Shown piece by piece: positions 40,801 through 51,960 of a stretch of 64,000 nucleotides of DNA. Source of the DNA: Chrysomallon squamiferum (taxonomy: Eukaryota; Animalia; Mollusca); contig CM022679.1 of NCBI GenBank assembly GCA_012295275.1, positions 19,778,001 to 19,842,000 on the forward strand. The letters run 5' to 3'. Each line of letters starts with the position of its first letter. The first letter of the stretch is position 1. The notes below the pieces were generated by a model. The model had not been told where the DNA came from. It ran no database searches and worked only from the letters and a program-made list of their open reading frames with translations. The position numbers were made by a program, and so were the translations under genes.

Positions 40801-43800
40801 CAAAAAAAAAAGAAGTAATATCAAGTAACATTTTATTTAATAGCAGTTACTCTTGCTATAAAAGAAATAAAATAGACTTTAAAACTCACAGACAATCTAA
40901 ACAAGTATTTGATATAACCAGGTTTTATCTGTAACTGTCTTAGTAACATGTTTTAATGCAATATATTACCTTCTAGAATTTAATGCAAATGTCTCATTGA
41001 TATTCCCTGAAGTGATATAATATTTGAGATCATCAGTGGCATATTTGTCTGGATCATTTGCCTAAAAGTCAAACAGTTAATACTTATATGGTTAGAAACA
41101 AAAATAAAGAGGAATATTTTTCTGATCACTGCTTCATATATTTAACAAAAAACACAACTGAAATAATAAATATGATTAAAAATGTCCCATATAATAAATA
41201 TACAATAAAAATTTGTCTTAATAAATGAATAAAAAATATTAAACAATAAAATAAAATGGACACCAACTGTAAGAAAAATGGTTAGATCAGGATTCATTTA
41301 TTTGTTTAATTATTGTAATCAGTTTATTAGACATACAAATAAACCACAAACAGTTTAAATTTTATTATCATTATAAGATATATTACATGTGATAATTATA
41401 TGTGATAATTTCTAACAAATGCAGTTTGTGAAATGCAGTTATCAATTGTTACTTACTGACAGCTGTGTAATTAAAGCTCCCTTTTCTCTGTTCTCACTGA
41501 CACAGACTGAGAGGTTTGAAATCACAGGAGGTCCAGTGTTTACGTCTGTCACATCAACTGTCAGTGGCACCAGTGTTCTTCTACAAAATAAAATAAAAAA
41601 ATGAAATGTTAAATTTTTACTTGTTTTATAAAATATTCTACAAAATAAAAAGGAATCACTATGAAACAATAAACTGTTACTGGTTTTATCAAATATTCTT
41701 CTACTAAATAATAAAAGAATAACAATGAAAGATAAAATGGTCATGGGTTGTACAAAATGTTTTAAGAAAATAGAAAATAAAATAAAAATTGAAAGGATAC
41801 ATTTTTTAATATTTTAAATAATTTAATAATTTACAAAGGAGCAAAATTTATCTGGTTTATTTTTTTACAAAATCATTTAAGCTTATTTTTCTAAAGAAAG
41901 CTCTGTTAAAATTATCATGAAAAATCTTTATATCATAGTTCTTACATTCTACTTACTTGTCATGTGGTTTTAACGCCTGGTCTTGTGCCACTATGAAAAC
42001 ATAGTGTTGACCAATAGCTTCATCACCAAGGTTACGGAACACACTTATCACACCTGTGGTTTTGTTTATGAAAAACATGGCTGGTGTTGGTTGCTGTATT
42101 GCATACACTACACTTCCATTTACACCCTCGTCAGCATCAGTGGCATTCACCTGTTGTGTAGTTATAATTAAAATAGGTGTATAACTGTTTGTTATCTGAG
42201 TAAATCAGTGGCATTCACCTGTTGTGTAGTTATAATTAAAATAGGTGTATAACTGTTTGTTATCTGAGTAAATCAGTGGCATTCACCTGTTGTGTAGTTA
42301 TAATTAAAATAGGTGTATAACTGTTAGTTATCTGAGTAAATCAGTGGCATTCACCTGTTGTGTAGTTATAATTAAAATAGGTGTATAACTGTTTGTTATC
42401 TGAGTAAATCAGTGGCATTCACCTGTTGTGTAGTTATAATTAAAATAGGTGTATAACTGTTTGTTATCTGAACAATGAGTAAATCAGTTAAGGAAGACAT
42501 TTCATTCTCTCTGTGACAAAGTTAACCTGCAATTTACTAAGATTTCAGAAGAGCAATTATTATTTCTTAAATCATTGTTGCATAAAATAATTAAAATTTT
42601 CTAAATATGTAACAAATGGATACAGATAATAAATATTTTTTGTCATATTAAGAATTAATTCTATCCTGTTATAACAAAAGGAAGAAAATCACTTTTTCAA
42701 GTTTTCAAGAAAACAAATCAAAGAGAAGCTGCCTATCTATAATGATCTGTAACTTGATTCTTTTTGCCACTCAGTAATCCAATTTGGGCTATGGATCTGC
42801 TCTTATACTTATACAAGTTGGACATTTGCTTCCTTCTGCCAAATCCTGGCAGACTATAACAGATTATGGCTATTAGATAGTTCTTTAATTTATTTATATC
42901 CATTACAGCTGGTGCTCCACAAGTGATATATTATTTTAAATTAACACTGTATTTTTATTCACTGCCTCTTTGAACAGACTGTTTAATTAGTTGTAATTTT
43001 CATTATGAAATTTTGGTTATTTTTACAGCAAGTATGCATACCAAACCAACAACATCAGAAATTGAAGCATTTTTTGAAATCTGAAAATGATAGCTGCGTT
43101 TGTCAAACACTGGGGCGTTGTCGTTGACGTCAGTAACAAATATGGTGATGTTACTGGGTTGGCTTTCTCGGTGTTCATTTGTCAAAGTCTCTTTTGCATA
43201 TATCTGAAACAGAAAAATAATATTAAAAATAAAATAAAAACAAACAAACAAAATTAAAAAACAAAAAACAACAACACATTCATACATACATACATACATA
43301 TATACATACAGTATATAATAGTTATTATAATAAAAAGAAATGTTTTTCTCAGTTCACAATCTCTGCATAACAATAGTTCTAAAAATTAAATTAAGTAAAT
43401 TAATTATACACTCTTTAATACATTTATAGACAATGATACTCTTCATTAGTATAATGTAATCATGTATGATGTAAATTAATATATAAATAGGAACTAACGG
43501 ATATTTTTTAAGTATACAGTTAATTTCTTAATGTACATGAAAGATGGATGACTAATTCTTACTTTAAAAAAATAATATTAAGTTAATCAGTAACTTAGTA
43601 TTGCATACACATGCACATAGACACACACAGACACACTCAGACTCACACAGACTCACACAGGCACTTCTGATATTAAAATCACAATGGATTAAAATTCATC
43701 ATACCTGAAATGTATAAGAACTGCTTTGTTCCCTATCTAACAGCCCATGGACCTGGATCCACCCAGTACTCCCATCAGTTAGAACATCAAACACATTTCC

Positions 43801-45643
43801 TTCATTGCTTAGGTAAAACTCAAATAATCCGTTTATTCCCTAAATAGTGAAAACAAATTACTGAAAGTAATAAAACTATTGGGTCATTCCGTGTCAAATC
43901 ACCCAATGGGTTAAACCCTGGAAATGGAATGGAAAAATATTAACGAGCTAATGTGAAGCACGTCTGCGACAGGCACACTTTCTGACAGGTCAGCGGGCTT
44001 GTCTGTCGCAGAATAGGGGTTAAACCCGACCGTCTCAGATTTTTATAAAACTTGGTACACTTGTTGACTGTGATGCCACAGCACCAAATCTGAAATATTA
44101 GCCCAATCGGATCAGTGGTGTGGGAGATATAGCCCACCGAATTTTGAGATTTATGGCAAAAATGGGCGTGACCACCAACCTTAGAACCCTCATATCTCAG
44201 GAACTACTGGGCCAATCTTCATAAAATTGGTATTGTTGAAAAGGCAGTATGACAAGGATTTTTGTTACGTTTGGAAAATATTGGAGTACATTGACCTTTT
44301 GACCTTTGCTATGACCTTGAAATTGACCGTGTGGATCACGTTACCTTGAGATGACCTTTATTGAAATTTAATCTCCCACATGTTAACTATAACATATAAA
44401 AGTTTCCTGGGTGTAATATTTTTTGTTTAGCCACAATATAGATTTAAAAAATGCACATACATGAAAATAACACCTTTTCAGCCATTAACATCTGATTAAC
44501 TAAAATCTGAATGAACACCATCTTTCTTGATCATCGAGTAAGACTGTGGAATCCCTGTCAACAAGTATAGCAAGTTTCATAAAAATCTGAGACGGTCGAG
44601 TTTAAATTTTTTTTTGGGGGGGTTGATTTGACATGGAACGACAATATTACAAAACACTCAGAACAGACAAATCACCATTTGTGTTTGAAAGTGTAGAGAT
44701 AACAAATCTGTAATAATAATTTGGGATGGCAAATGTTGTTTCTTGTGGAGGAAATGTTGAGTGAGACTGACATAAGATTTCATTTAAGTCTAATAATACT
44801 ATGTTTATTATAAAAATAAAATGTTCTGAAACTAAAGCAAATTAATAAAACAAGCAGTAAAATCAACAGCAACAATAACAACAATAATAATAAGAGTAAC
44901 AATAAATAATTGTAGTAGTAGTAGTAGAAGTAATAATAGTTTTATAATAACAATAACAGTAACAATAATAACAATTATAACAAAAATAACAAGAATAACA
45001 AAAACACTTATTAAAACTAATGAATAATATGACAACATCACAATACTTACATGATCTTTATCGGATGCTGAGACTTGTAGCACTAAGAAGCCAGGGTGAG
45101 AGTTTTCAGCTATGCTGGTAGTGTAACTTGTCTCTGACATTTCTGGTGCGTGGTTATTTGTGTCTAACACTGTTATGATCAGTACAGCTGTGTCAAACCT
45201 TTCTGTGGGCCGATCTACTTGGTAAGCCTGTTATTTGATGACATCTTTTTTAATATTTATTAAACAAAAACATAAAATCAAGGTTTCCAGAAGTTAGCAA
45301 AATCTTTTGAAAAAGTCATTTGAATAGAATTATTTCATTTCAGCTCTTAGCTTCAAAACATAATTTGTATGACCATAATGAGAATCTGTTAAATGCCTTA
45401 TTTTCTTACCTTTATACCTAGACTGTACATTGGTGGGTTCATATCTAGAATTCCTGATACGATTAATGATCCATTAGGAAGCAGTGTGAACAGACTACTA
45501 TAAGTAGCTTCAGTTTCTGAAGTTAGAGATAACAGAGTTAGTAAAAGAATGAGATGGGTGGTGGAAGTCAGAAACAAACAGAAGTATAGAAAGCACTTTA
45601 CGAGAAAGAAAAGATGAATACAGTTATAAAGATCCTGAAATGT

Positions 45644-45683
<40 letters not shown>

Positions 45684-47355
45684 AAATTGTAAGATCACAT
45701 AAAAATAATTGTTATTTCAGATCAGCTAATTTTAACTTTAGTTACATACTATGGATTAGTACTCAAACCTTTCATGACAAAATGTACTACTTGTTTAGTC
45801 TAAAAAAAATGTAAGAAAGAAAATTATAAAATAAATAAAATATTAATACACTACTTACCACTAGTAAGAGAATACTGAATTTCTGTTAAGTTACCAAAAT
45901 CTTGGTCATCTGCCTGTATTGGTGGGATGCTTTTAAACAATGCTGAGTTGTAAGTCTGAAAAATATCAGTATATATATATATATATAAAACATGCATGTA
46001 CATATATTACAAATAATAAAATAAAACAATATCTAAGCTTCTTTAAAAAATATGTTAGACAAACACTGTATAAAAAGACAGTACTAGAATAATGCAAAAA
46101 ATTTAACAAAGTGAAAATAACCCTATATATATATAGAATAATTCTTAAAAATTATAAAAGAATTCTATTGTAAAAATATAGTTTTTTCAGCTATTTAAGA
46201 CTGATGCCAAGAGGATATTAAAATGAAAGGTTATTCACTAGTAAGTATTTAATTATATAAAAAACAAATTGGTTAATAAGTTATAATATTTGCATTTATA
46301 ATATATAAATAACTTACACCTTCAGGAATAGTTATATTGTACAAGTCATGTGTAAATTTTGGATTCAAATCATCTTCATTTAGCACAAACACTGTTAATT
46401 CTGTTGTATTAGACTTCCCATCAGAAATGCTTTCCTACAAAATTGAGATTTAAAAAACCAAATTAACATACATGCATGCATGCACACAGGTATGCATGCA
46501 CTTGCACTGTTTGATTCTGACTTTATATAGAAATATGAAGTCAAATGCCAGCTACATGGATAGTTTCCTAATAAAATAACTGCAATATCATTTTAATTTA
46601 AAACATCACATTTGTGTTAATGAACATTAACTTTATAGCTAATTTTAAAATTACCCAGATAATGATAGTGGATGTAGAAGTAGTGGTGGTGGTAGTAGCA
46701 GTAGTGCTAGTAGTAGTAGTTTTGGTGGTAGTAGTAGAAGTCATTTAGAAGTAACAGGCATAGTAACTATAGAAATAGTGGTAGTAATAGTAGTCATAGT
46801 GGTGATGTTTGTCACTGTAGAAAGAGTAATAGTCACAGCAGTTGTATTGGTAGTGCTTGTGGTAGTAGTAACAGCTCAGGACTAGCAATGGATATAGTAA
46901 CACTAGTATAAATAGAATGTCATAGTAGCAGTACTAGTATAATAATAATAATAATAATAGTAAGAAAAGCAACAACAACAACAGCATGAGTAACATCAGC
47001 ATTAACAATAACAATGACCACAGTACGACACAATGCAGCAACAACAATAACAACAGCAATAACAATGACAATGATAACAACAATAAAAATAAGAAAAACA
47101 AGAACACAACAGTTACAGACAACTCACAGTGCTTGTTAAATTAAGGATATATATCCTTTGTCCAAAATCATAGTCAAGTCTTTTTGTAGTGACCACAGCA
47201 CTGTTATCTACACTGAAAGCATCACTTCCCTGGAATTAAATTTTGTGAAGTAAAACTCACACACATATATATACACATACATATATACATATGCATATAC
47301 ATATACATATATCTATCTGCATATATATACATATACACACAAACACACACATATG

Positions 47356-47401
<46 letters not shown>

Positions 47402-48315
47402 CACACATATAAAATAATCTGTATACATTAAACTGTCTAATTCTATTTTGTACTAATAGTTCAGTCTACTGGAAAATGAAATAAAACAAAACTATAATTG
47501 TTATTTATTCAAATGTTACTGGGAGCTATTTAAATTTATTAGTTACCTACTCAAGTTTGATTCTTGAATGTAATGTGTTTTATTTATTTTTCTGTGAATA
47601 AAACTGTTTCCTAACTAGCTTTGTATTTGAAATATTGTATTTTTAAAAAATATGTTTAGTGAAATTATGTCAAAACACAAAAATATGTTTTAAAGGCAAA
47701 TACATCCATATTTTAATAATAATAATAGCAACAACAACAACAACAATAATTAGCTGATAATTTAAATTATTTAACATTGAATTCTCTACCAATAGCTATC
47801 CATAAAATATATCCTATCTAATATTGAAACATTATGACTGTTGAATATAATTTGAACTTATAAAATAGTAATAAAAAAAGATAACAATTAAAATGCTGTA
47901 TTTTTAAACACTGATGTTAATCTTATAACATATATTATTAATTTTAAATAATTATAAAAAAAAATAACAAACATTAGTATTTCACCACTTTAGAGAAAAA
48001 GAACTTTCTTATTCTGCATACTCACAGAAACATTAAATAAAAACGTAACAGGATTTTGTCGTTTATCTGGATCAACTACTCTGTTTGCCAGACTGAAAAC
48101 TGGTGTTCCAACTGGAGCAGACTGTAATGTAAAATCATTTCTTTAGCTGTCTTCAGTAATGATTTATTAATGTAAATTTATTAAAAAGTGGAGAAAATGG
48201 TAAATATTTTGTTTAAATTGAAAAGTAGAATTTTTACATAAAATGATATCTTGGCATTATAATACTGGAGATGTGTGAAAACCAATAAAAAATAAAAAAT
48301 AAAAATAATAAGAAG

Positions 48316-48356
<41 letters not shown>

Positions 48357-50911
48357 GGAGTATATTGTATACTTGAAATATTAAAATAACAATAATAATA
48401 ATGATGATGATGAAAATGATGATAATAATAATGATGATGATGATGATAATAATAAAAACCCAGCAGGTTTAATATAGAAAAAAAGAAAATAAATACTAAC
48501 TTCACTGACTTTAGCAGTGTATGGAGAATCAATAAAGACTGGTGCAAACTCGTTCACTTCCTCAACACTAACTCTGATGTCAAACTTCCAGTTCTTTTAA
48601 AACAGAAAAAACAGTGCTATTGAATTACCAAAAATAAAAATTTAAAAGAAAGAAAGCATCATGATATTACAGGTCATTTCTCCAACTTCTATTCATTTAA
48701 CTATATCTCATTCCAGCAAATGCTCCACTGCTAAATTACCAAAGCCACGTCACCCTGATTGCTTTTCTTGTAATATACACCAGTGTACCGTCTTATCCTC
48801 GGGTTTGGTGTCCGAGATTTTGGCCAAACAAAAGTTCTGTCGTTGTTTTATTTATTGATTCTTATGTGTTTTTTGTGTGTGTGTTTTTTTTTGTTGTTTT
48901 TTTTTTGTTTTTTTTATTATTATTATTATTATTATTTTAAATTTTAAATTTAAAAAAAAAAAAAAAAAAAAATCCTATATGCTGTAAATTGTATTCTTAT
49001 CGTTTCATACATACACTAGAAATGGATTAGACGGTTTTACTTTAAGGAACATCAACTTGGAGAAATGCGTTAATTTCATTGTAATTTCTTTTAAAGTAAC
49101 AGTAGTAAAACAAAGTACAAAGTAAAGGTGAGCGTGTGCGTGTATTTATGCGTGTGCGTAAACTTACCCCTGGTCTGCATTCAAGACGCACACTGAGAGA
49201 ATCTATCAGCAGAGGTAACTGAAATATTGGAAATAATTAACAGTTATTACAATACTATTTAATTATTTATTTAATTATTATTATTATTATTAAATTTTAT
49301 TTTTATTAAAATCGTTTTTTGTTTTTATTGTTTTTATTATTATTAGTTTTATTTATTTATACTAAATATTTTGTTTTGTACAACTATGTGTGAAATTGGT
49401 TCATGAAATAATAGTTACATGTTAACTAAAAGGTGCGATGTGATATGATACGATTAGGTCAACTGAATAAACTCACAGCTTCCAGATCTAGATCTCTTTT
49501 CAGCTGGAGACTATACGCGGTGTCGTTGCCGTTCGGTTTCTGATTCAGAATAAAATAACCAGTTGGATATTCATTTTTTAATTCCAGAGTATCAGATGAT
49601 ATCAAAGTAATATTCATAAAATAATACCCTGAAACGTGAAAAAAGAATTTTTATAGCAAAGATATATAGCCCCGATCGAGGCAGCCTAAAAGCACATTTC
49701 CTCCGTTTTTAAAACAAATCACTAATTTTCTCTCGTTTATAATTACTGAAAAATGAATGTGTGAAGCATCTAGTTCCGAAAAGCTGATATTAAACAAGAT
49801 ATATCTTATTTATGTATATCTAGTTAGAGAAAAAAAGTCTTTCAGGTAGAATTTGGCATTTCCTTTTTAAATCATGAACAACGTTAATTTTTAATTCGAT
49901 GTGCGAAAAAAAAAAAAAGTGTGTTCATTTTAATATTTATTTATTTATTTTATTTAATGATAAAAAAAAAAAGTGTGTTAATTTTTTATTATTTATTTAT
50001 TTATTTTATTTAAACATAATATGTTAAAATGAAACTGTTTTGTACATGAAATTTTATTATTATTATTATCAAATTATCGATATTTTAAACATATCTCAGT
50101 TATTATGAAACTGTTTTGTTTGGAAAATATTGAAACTTTTGCATATGTAAATTGATTAACTTGAGGTGACCTTTTTGAAATTTAATCTCCCACATGTTTT
50201 CTGGGTGTAATATATTTTTTGTTTTTGATTTTAAAATTTGAAAATAGAAATTAACATCTGATTAACTAAAACCTGAATTCAATTCAGATTTGGAATCCTT
50301 GTCATTTTGCCTTTCTAACAATACCAATTTTATGAAGATTGGCCCAGTAGTTCCTGAGATATGTTCTAAGGTTGGTGGTCACACCCATTTTTGGCTTTTC
50401 AAAATGTTCCCACACCAAAAAAACTGGTCTGATTGCGCTAAAAATGGGAATCAACAAGTATACCAAGTTTTAAAAAATCTGAGACGGTCGGATTTAAATT
50501 TTTTTTTTTTTGGTGATTTCACACGGAATAATGTAAACAGATTTACGATCTTTGTGTTTTCTGTTTTGATTTATCAATAAAATGAGCTAAAAAAATAACA
50601 AACATCAGTAATAATATCAATAAAATGAAGAAATTACAAACAGTATTAAAACACTTGAAAATAAAGATTATAAAAATATTACAAACACTAGCAAACTCAC
50701 CCTTTGTGGTCGTTTCTTTAAGCATAAATAAATTAATATCGGGAGATAAAACATTTTCTAATGCAGAACAATCTGTAAATAAAAGAATGCTGTTACCGTT
50801 GTTTAATCACATATTTAGGTCTACTGCAGTATAAACGATATTTTTTTTTTTTTTTTTTTTAACAATTTCAAAATAACCCATTACCTTTTGCGAGGCATAA
50901 CATATTTTTAT

Positions 50912-50995
<84 letters not shown>

Positions 50996-51201
50996 ATAAC
51001 TTTACAAAATTACATAATTTCTAGAGAATATAGCTTAATAAACGATCCTTGTACATACTACAATGAACATATTTACAAGAAAGAATTAGGCACACCTGAG
51101 AGTACTGAGTTAAACTGTGTACACAATAAAAAGAGAAAAATCTGGTATAGCAGTACAGAGAAAGTGGTCTTAGCATCACGTGTAGAAAATTTCGTTTTCA
51201 T
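12602..51201 (-). CDS. Giant non-classical cadherin (PCDH15/CDH23-type architecture): signal peptide, ~30 EC repeats, membrane-adjacent domain, TM, ~80-aa tail; 62 coding exons, ~3,400 aa; one frameshift near 36176
   Basis: Exons 5'->3': 51201-51096 (signal peptide), 50772-50701, 49628-49477, 49218-49168, 48593-48501, 48121-48026, 47229-47128, 46434-46318, 45955-45859, 45516-45410, 45227-45051, 43839-43705, 43203-43042, 42150-41957, 41580-41457, 41061-40970, 40464-40380, 39888-39760, 39517-39465, 38989-38749, 38161-37946, 37572-37481, 36228-36065, 35873-35774, 34448-34321, 34015-33894, 33721-33543, 33198-32981, 32820-32643, 32213-32074, 31675-30365, 30043-29945, 29644-29474, 28953-28813, 28348-28232, 27710-27617, 27086-26971, 26624-26534, 26091-25958, 25468-25349, 24794-24675, 24314-24144, 23929-23677, 22939-22673, 22314-21739, 21329-21214, 20885-20778, 20200-20032, 19582-19488, 19072-18932, 18582-18477, 18242-17839, 17525-17363, 16686-16552, 16087-15936, 15406-15206, 14992-14904, 14509-14426, 14127-14059, 13790-13560 (TM), 13278-13135, 12686-12602. 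Recurrent LDRE/LDYE, DxNDNxP and AxDxD motifs; phases consistent. 3' end uncertain because the stop TAA overlaps a gtaag donor. Confidence 0.92.
14545..14604. repeat. (GT)n microsatellite
   Basis: Pure tg run. Confidence 0.95.
15445..15570. repeat. Degenerate ~24-bp tandem repeat (tcacaagatgtaataatactcata), about 5 copies
   Basis: atgtaat core recurs every ~24 bp, just upstream of the acceptor at 15407. Confidence 0.7.
27230..27490. repeat. Compound (GT)n microsatellite
   Basis: Long interrupted tg run; source of spurious HT/CV ORFs. Confidence 0.95.
29078..29175. repeat. (AAT)n(AGT)n compound microsatellite
   Basis: Directly visible. Confidence 0.95.
30365..31675 (-). CDS. Single 1,311-nt cadherin exon covering ~4 EC repeats (EC13 to EC17)
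   Basis: ORF track 30338-31675; phase 0 at both ends (cag|GTG ACT ... AAT CAG|gtgaat). Confidence 0.92.
31766..31833. repeat. (AG)n microsatellite
   Basis: Pure ag run. Confidence 0.95.
34437..35605 (-). repeat. Minisatellite of ~29 x 37-38 bp units, each containing the splice acceptor and first ~12 nt of cadherin exon 34448-34321
   Basis: Minus-strand unit atatttgtatattgttttttataacag|agagctatgt; the true exon starts ag agc tat gta tgt (ESYVC). A longer diverged copy lies at 35541-35605. Confidence 0.95.
36260..37019 (+). mobile_element. Tigger/pogo (Tc1-mariner superfamily) internally deleted DNA transposon
   Basis: Imperfect TIRs cagtggcacctcgagttacga / tcataagtcaaggtatcactg; TA duplications at 36258-59 and 37020-21; transposase N-terminal CENP-B-type HTH remnant ~36515-36768 (KKQMMSIELKHEIIEKHQ*GV..TIMKQKESIKA..AKGIKIISKL..HEKMEK) with an in-frame stop. 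Confidence 0.88.
39518..39759 (-). other. Probable GC-AG intron in the cadherin
   Basis: Exon ends ..GGT CAA ATA ATT|gcaagtatt; next exon starts phase 0 tttcag|GCA AAT GAT CCA GAT, restoring IGQII-ANDPD. Confidence 0.7.
41576..41720 (-). repeat. Degenerate ~60-bp triplication containing the acceptor of exon 41580-41457
   Basis: ttctacaaaataaaa at ~41579 and ~41636, ttcttctactaaataa at ~41696; ttact(t/g)gttttat(a/c)aaatatt repeated twice. Confidence 0.7.
42136..42471 (-). repeat. ~5 x 68-bp near-identical tandem repeat containing the acceptor and first 15 nt of exon 42150-41957
   Basis: Units start at 42136, 42204, 42272, 42340 and 42408 (atcagtggcattcacctgttgtgtagttataattaaaataggtgtataactgtttgttatctgagtaa). 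Confidence 0.95.
43881..44642. mobile_element. Non-autonomous TIR DNA element (MITE-like), family unassigned
   Basis: Ends gtcattccgtgtcaaatca / tgatttgacatggaacgac are inverted; subterminal inverted block cgaccgtctcagattttt (~44027) / aaaaatctgagacggtcg (44581); higher GC than the intron; a related copy lies at ~50.2-50.5 kb. Confidence 0.75.
50160..50530. mobile_element. Truncated or rearranged relative of the 43881-44642 element
   Basis: 50160-50280 matches 44346-44512 directly; 50294-50392 matches the reverse complement of ~44158-44260; 50449-50530 matches the right end (aaaaatctgagacggtcg..tgatttcacacggaat). Confidence 0.75.
50916..50992. repeat. (AG)n microsatellite
   Basis: Pure ag run. 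Confidence 0.95.
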
Positions 51202-51347
51202 ATCGTTGTCTGAAATACATAAAATCATAGGATATTGATAACAAAAGCAATAATAATAAATTAAGTTATTTTTATATTCAATAGAAAATACTTGCTTCAG
51301 ATACAAAAGTAGTTATTTTCTGATAAATTATTTTCTTTTTAATTTAC

Positions 51348-51960
51348 CTTAGTGACGAGGAATTCGTAACACATATTACAAAATCAAAGAATAAACAAGT
51401 ACTCGAAACAGAAAGTGAATAATGTTTATGAATAATATTTGAAAATACATAAAATTGTTTCACTGTTTTTCTTCCCCACAAAGTCTTACCTGCGAAAATC
51501 ACAAAGAATCAAATATTTCAATATCTTTCAGATTTATTTGATGATTTCACTTGGGGAATACATGTTCACTCATATATGCTGTATTTTTACAAACTTACAA
51601 ATAATTTATTGCCCTCTGGAATGTGATTTCATATTTTAATGACTCGTATTAGTCTTGTGAAAGATTAACAAAAATAACAAAACGTTTACAGATGGTGAGA
51701 GGCGTTAGAGCATCTATGTTTTAATATATCGATTTCTACAGAGCCGACAAAGAGGAAAAAAAAAATGTTTGTTTTGTAAAAGTATATGAGAACTGATTGA
51801 ATACCCGCCCGATCATTACCGCATTGTTTCCAATAAAACACAAAGCATTTTTTGCATGAAGTCGGCGATTTTCAAACAACGTGCCGCGGACGTGCTGCCG
51901 GAATTTTGAGGAGTGTCTATCCTCCCTCGAACAAGGGCCCCGACCCAAATGTTCCACTAT
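51348..51960 (-). promoter_or_regulatory. Probable promoter / 5'UTR exon region of the cadherin
   Basis: CpG-rich patch 51800-51950 upstream of the ATG exon; candidate non-coding donors at 51347 and 51489; the ATG exon has its own acceptor at 51210. Confidence 0.4.

Noticed and set aside
12602-51201. Calling the gene Fat4, Dachsous or a clustered protocadherin
   Set aside because: No EGF/LamG domains, very short tail, 62 exons and ~30 ECs; clustered-type protocadherins have 6-7 ECs.
51376-51450. Signal-peptide-like ORF MYFQILFINIIHFLFRVLVYSLIL*
   Set aside because: Ends in a stop with no phase-compatible donor; exon 51201-51096 gives a signal peptide in the right phase. At most a uORF.
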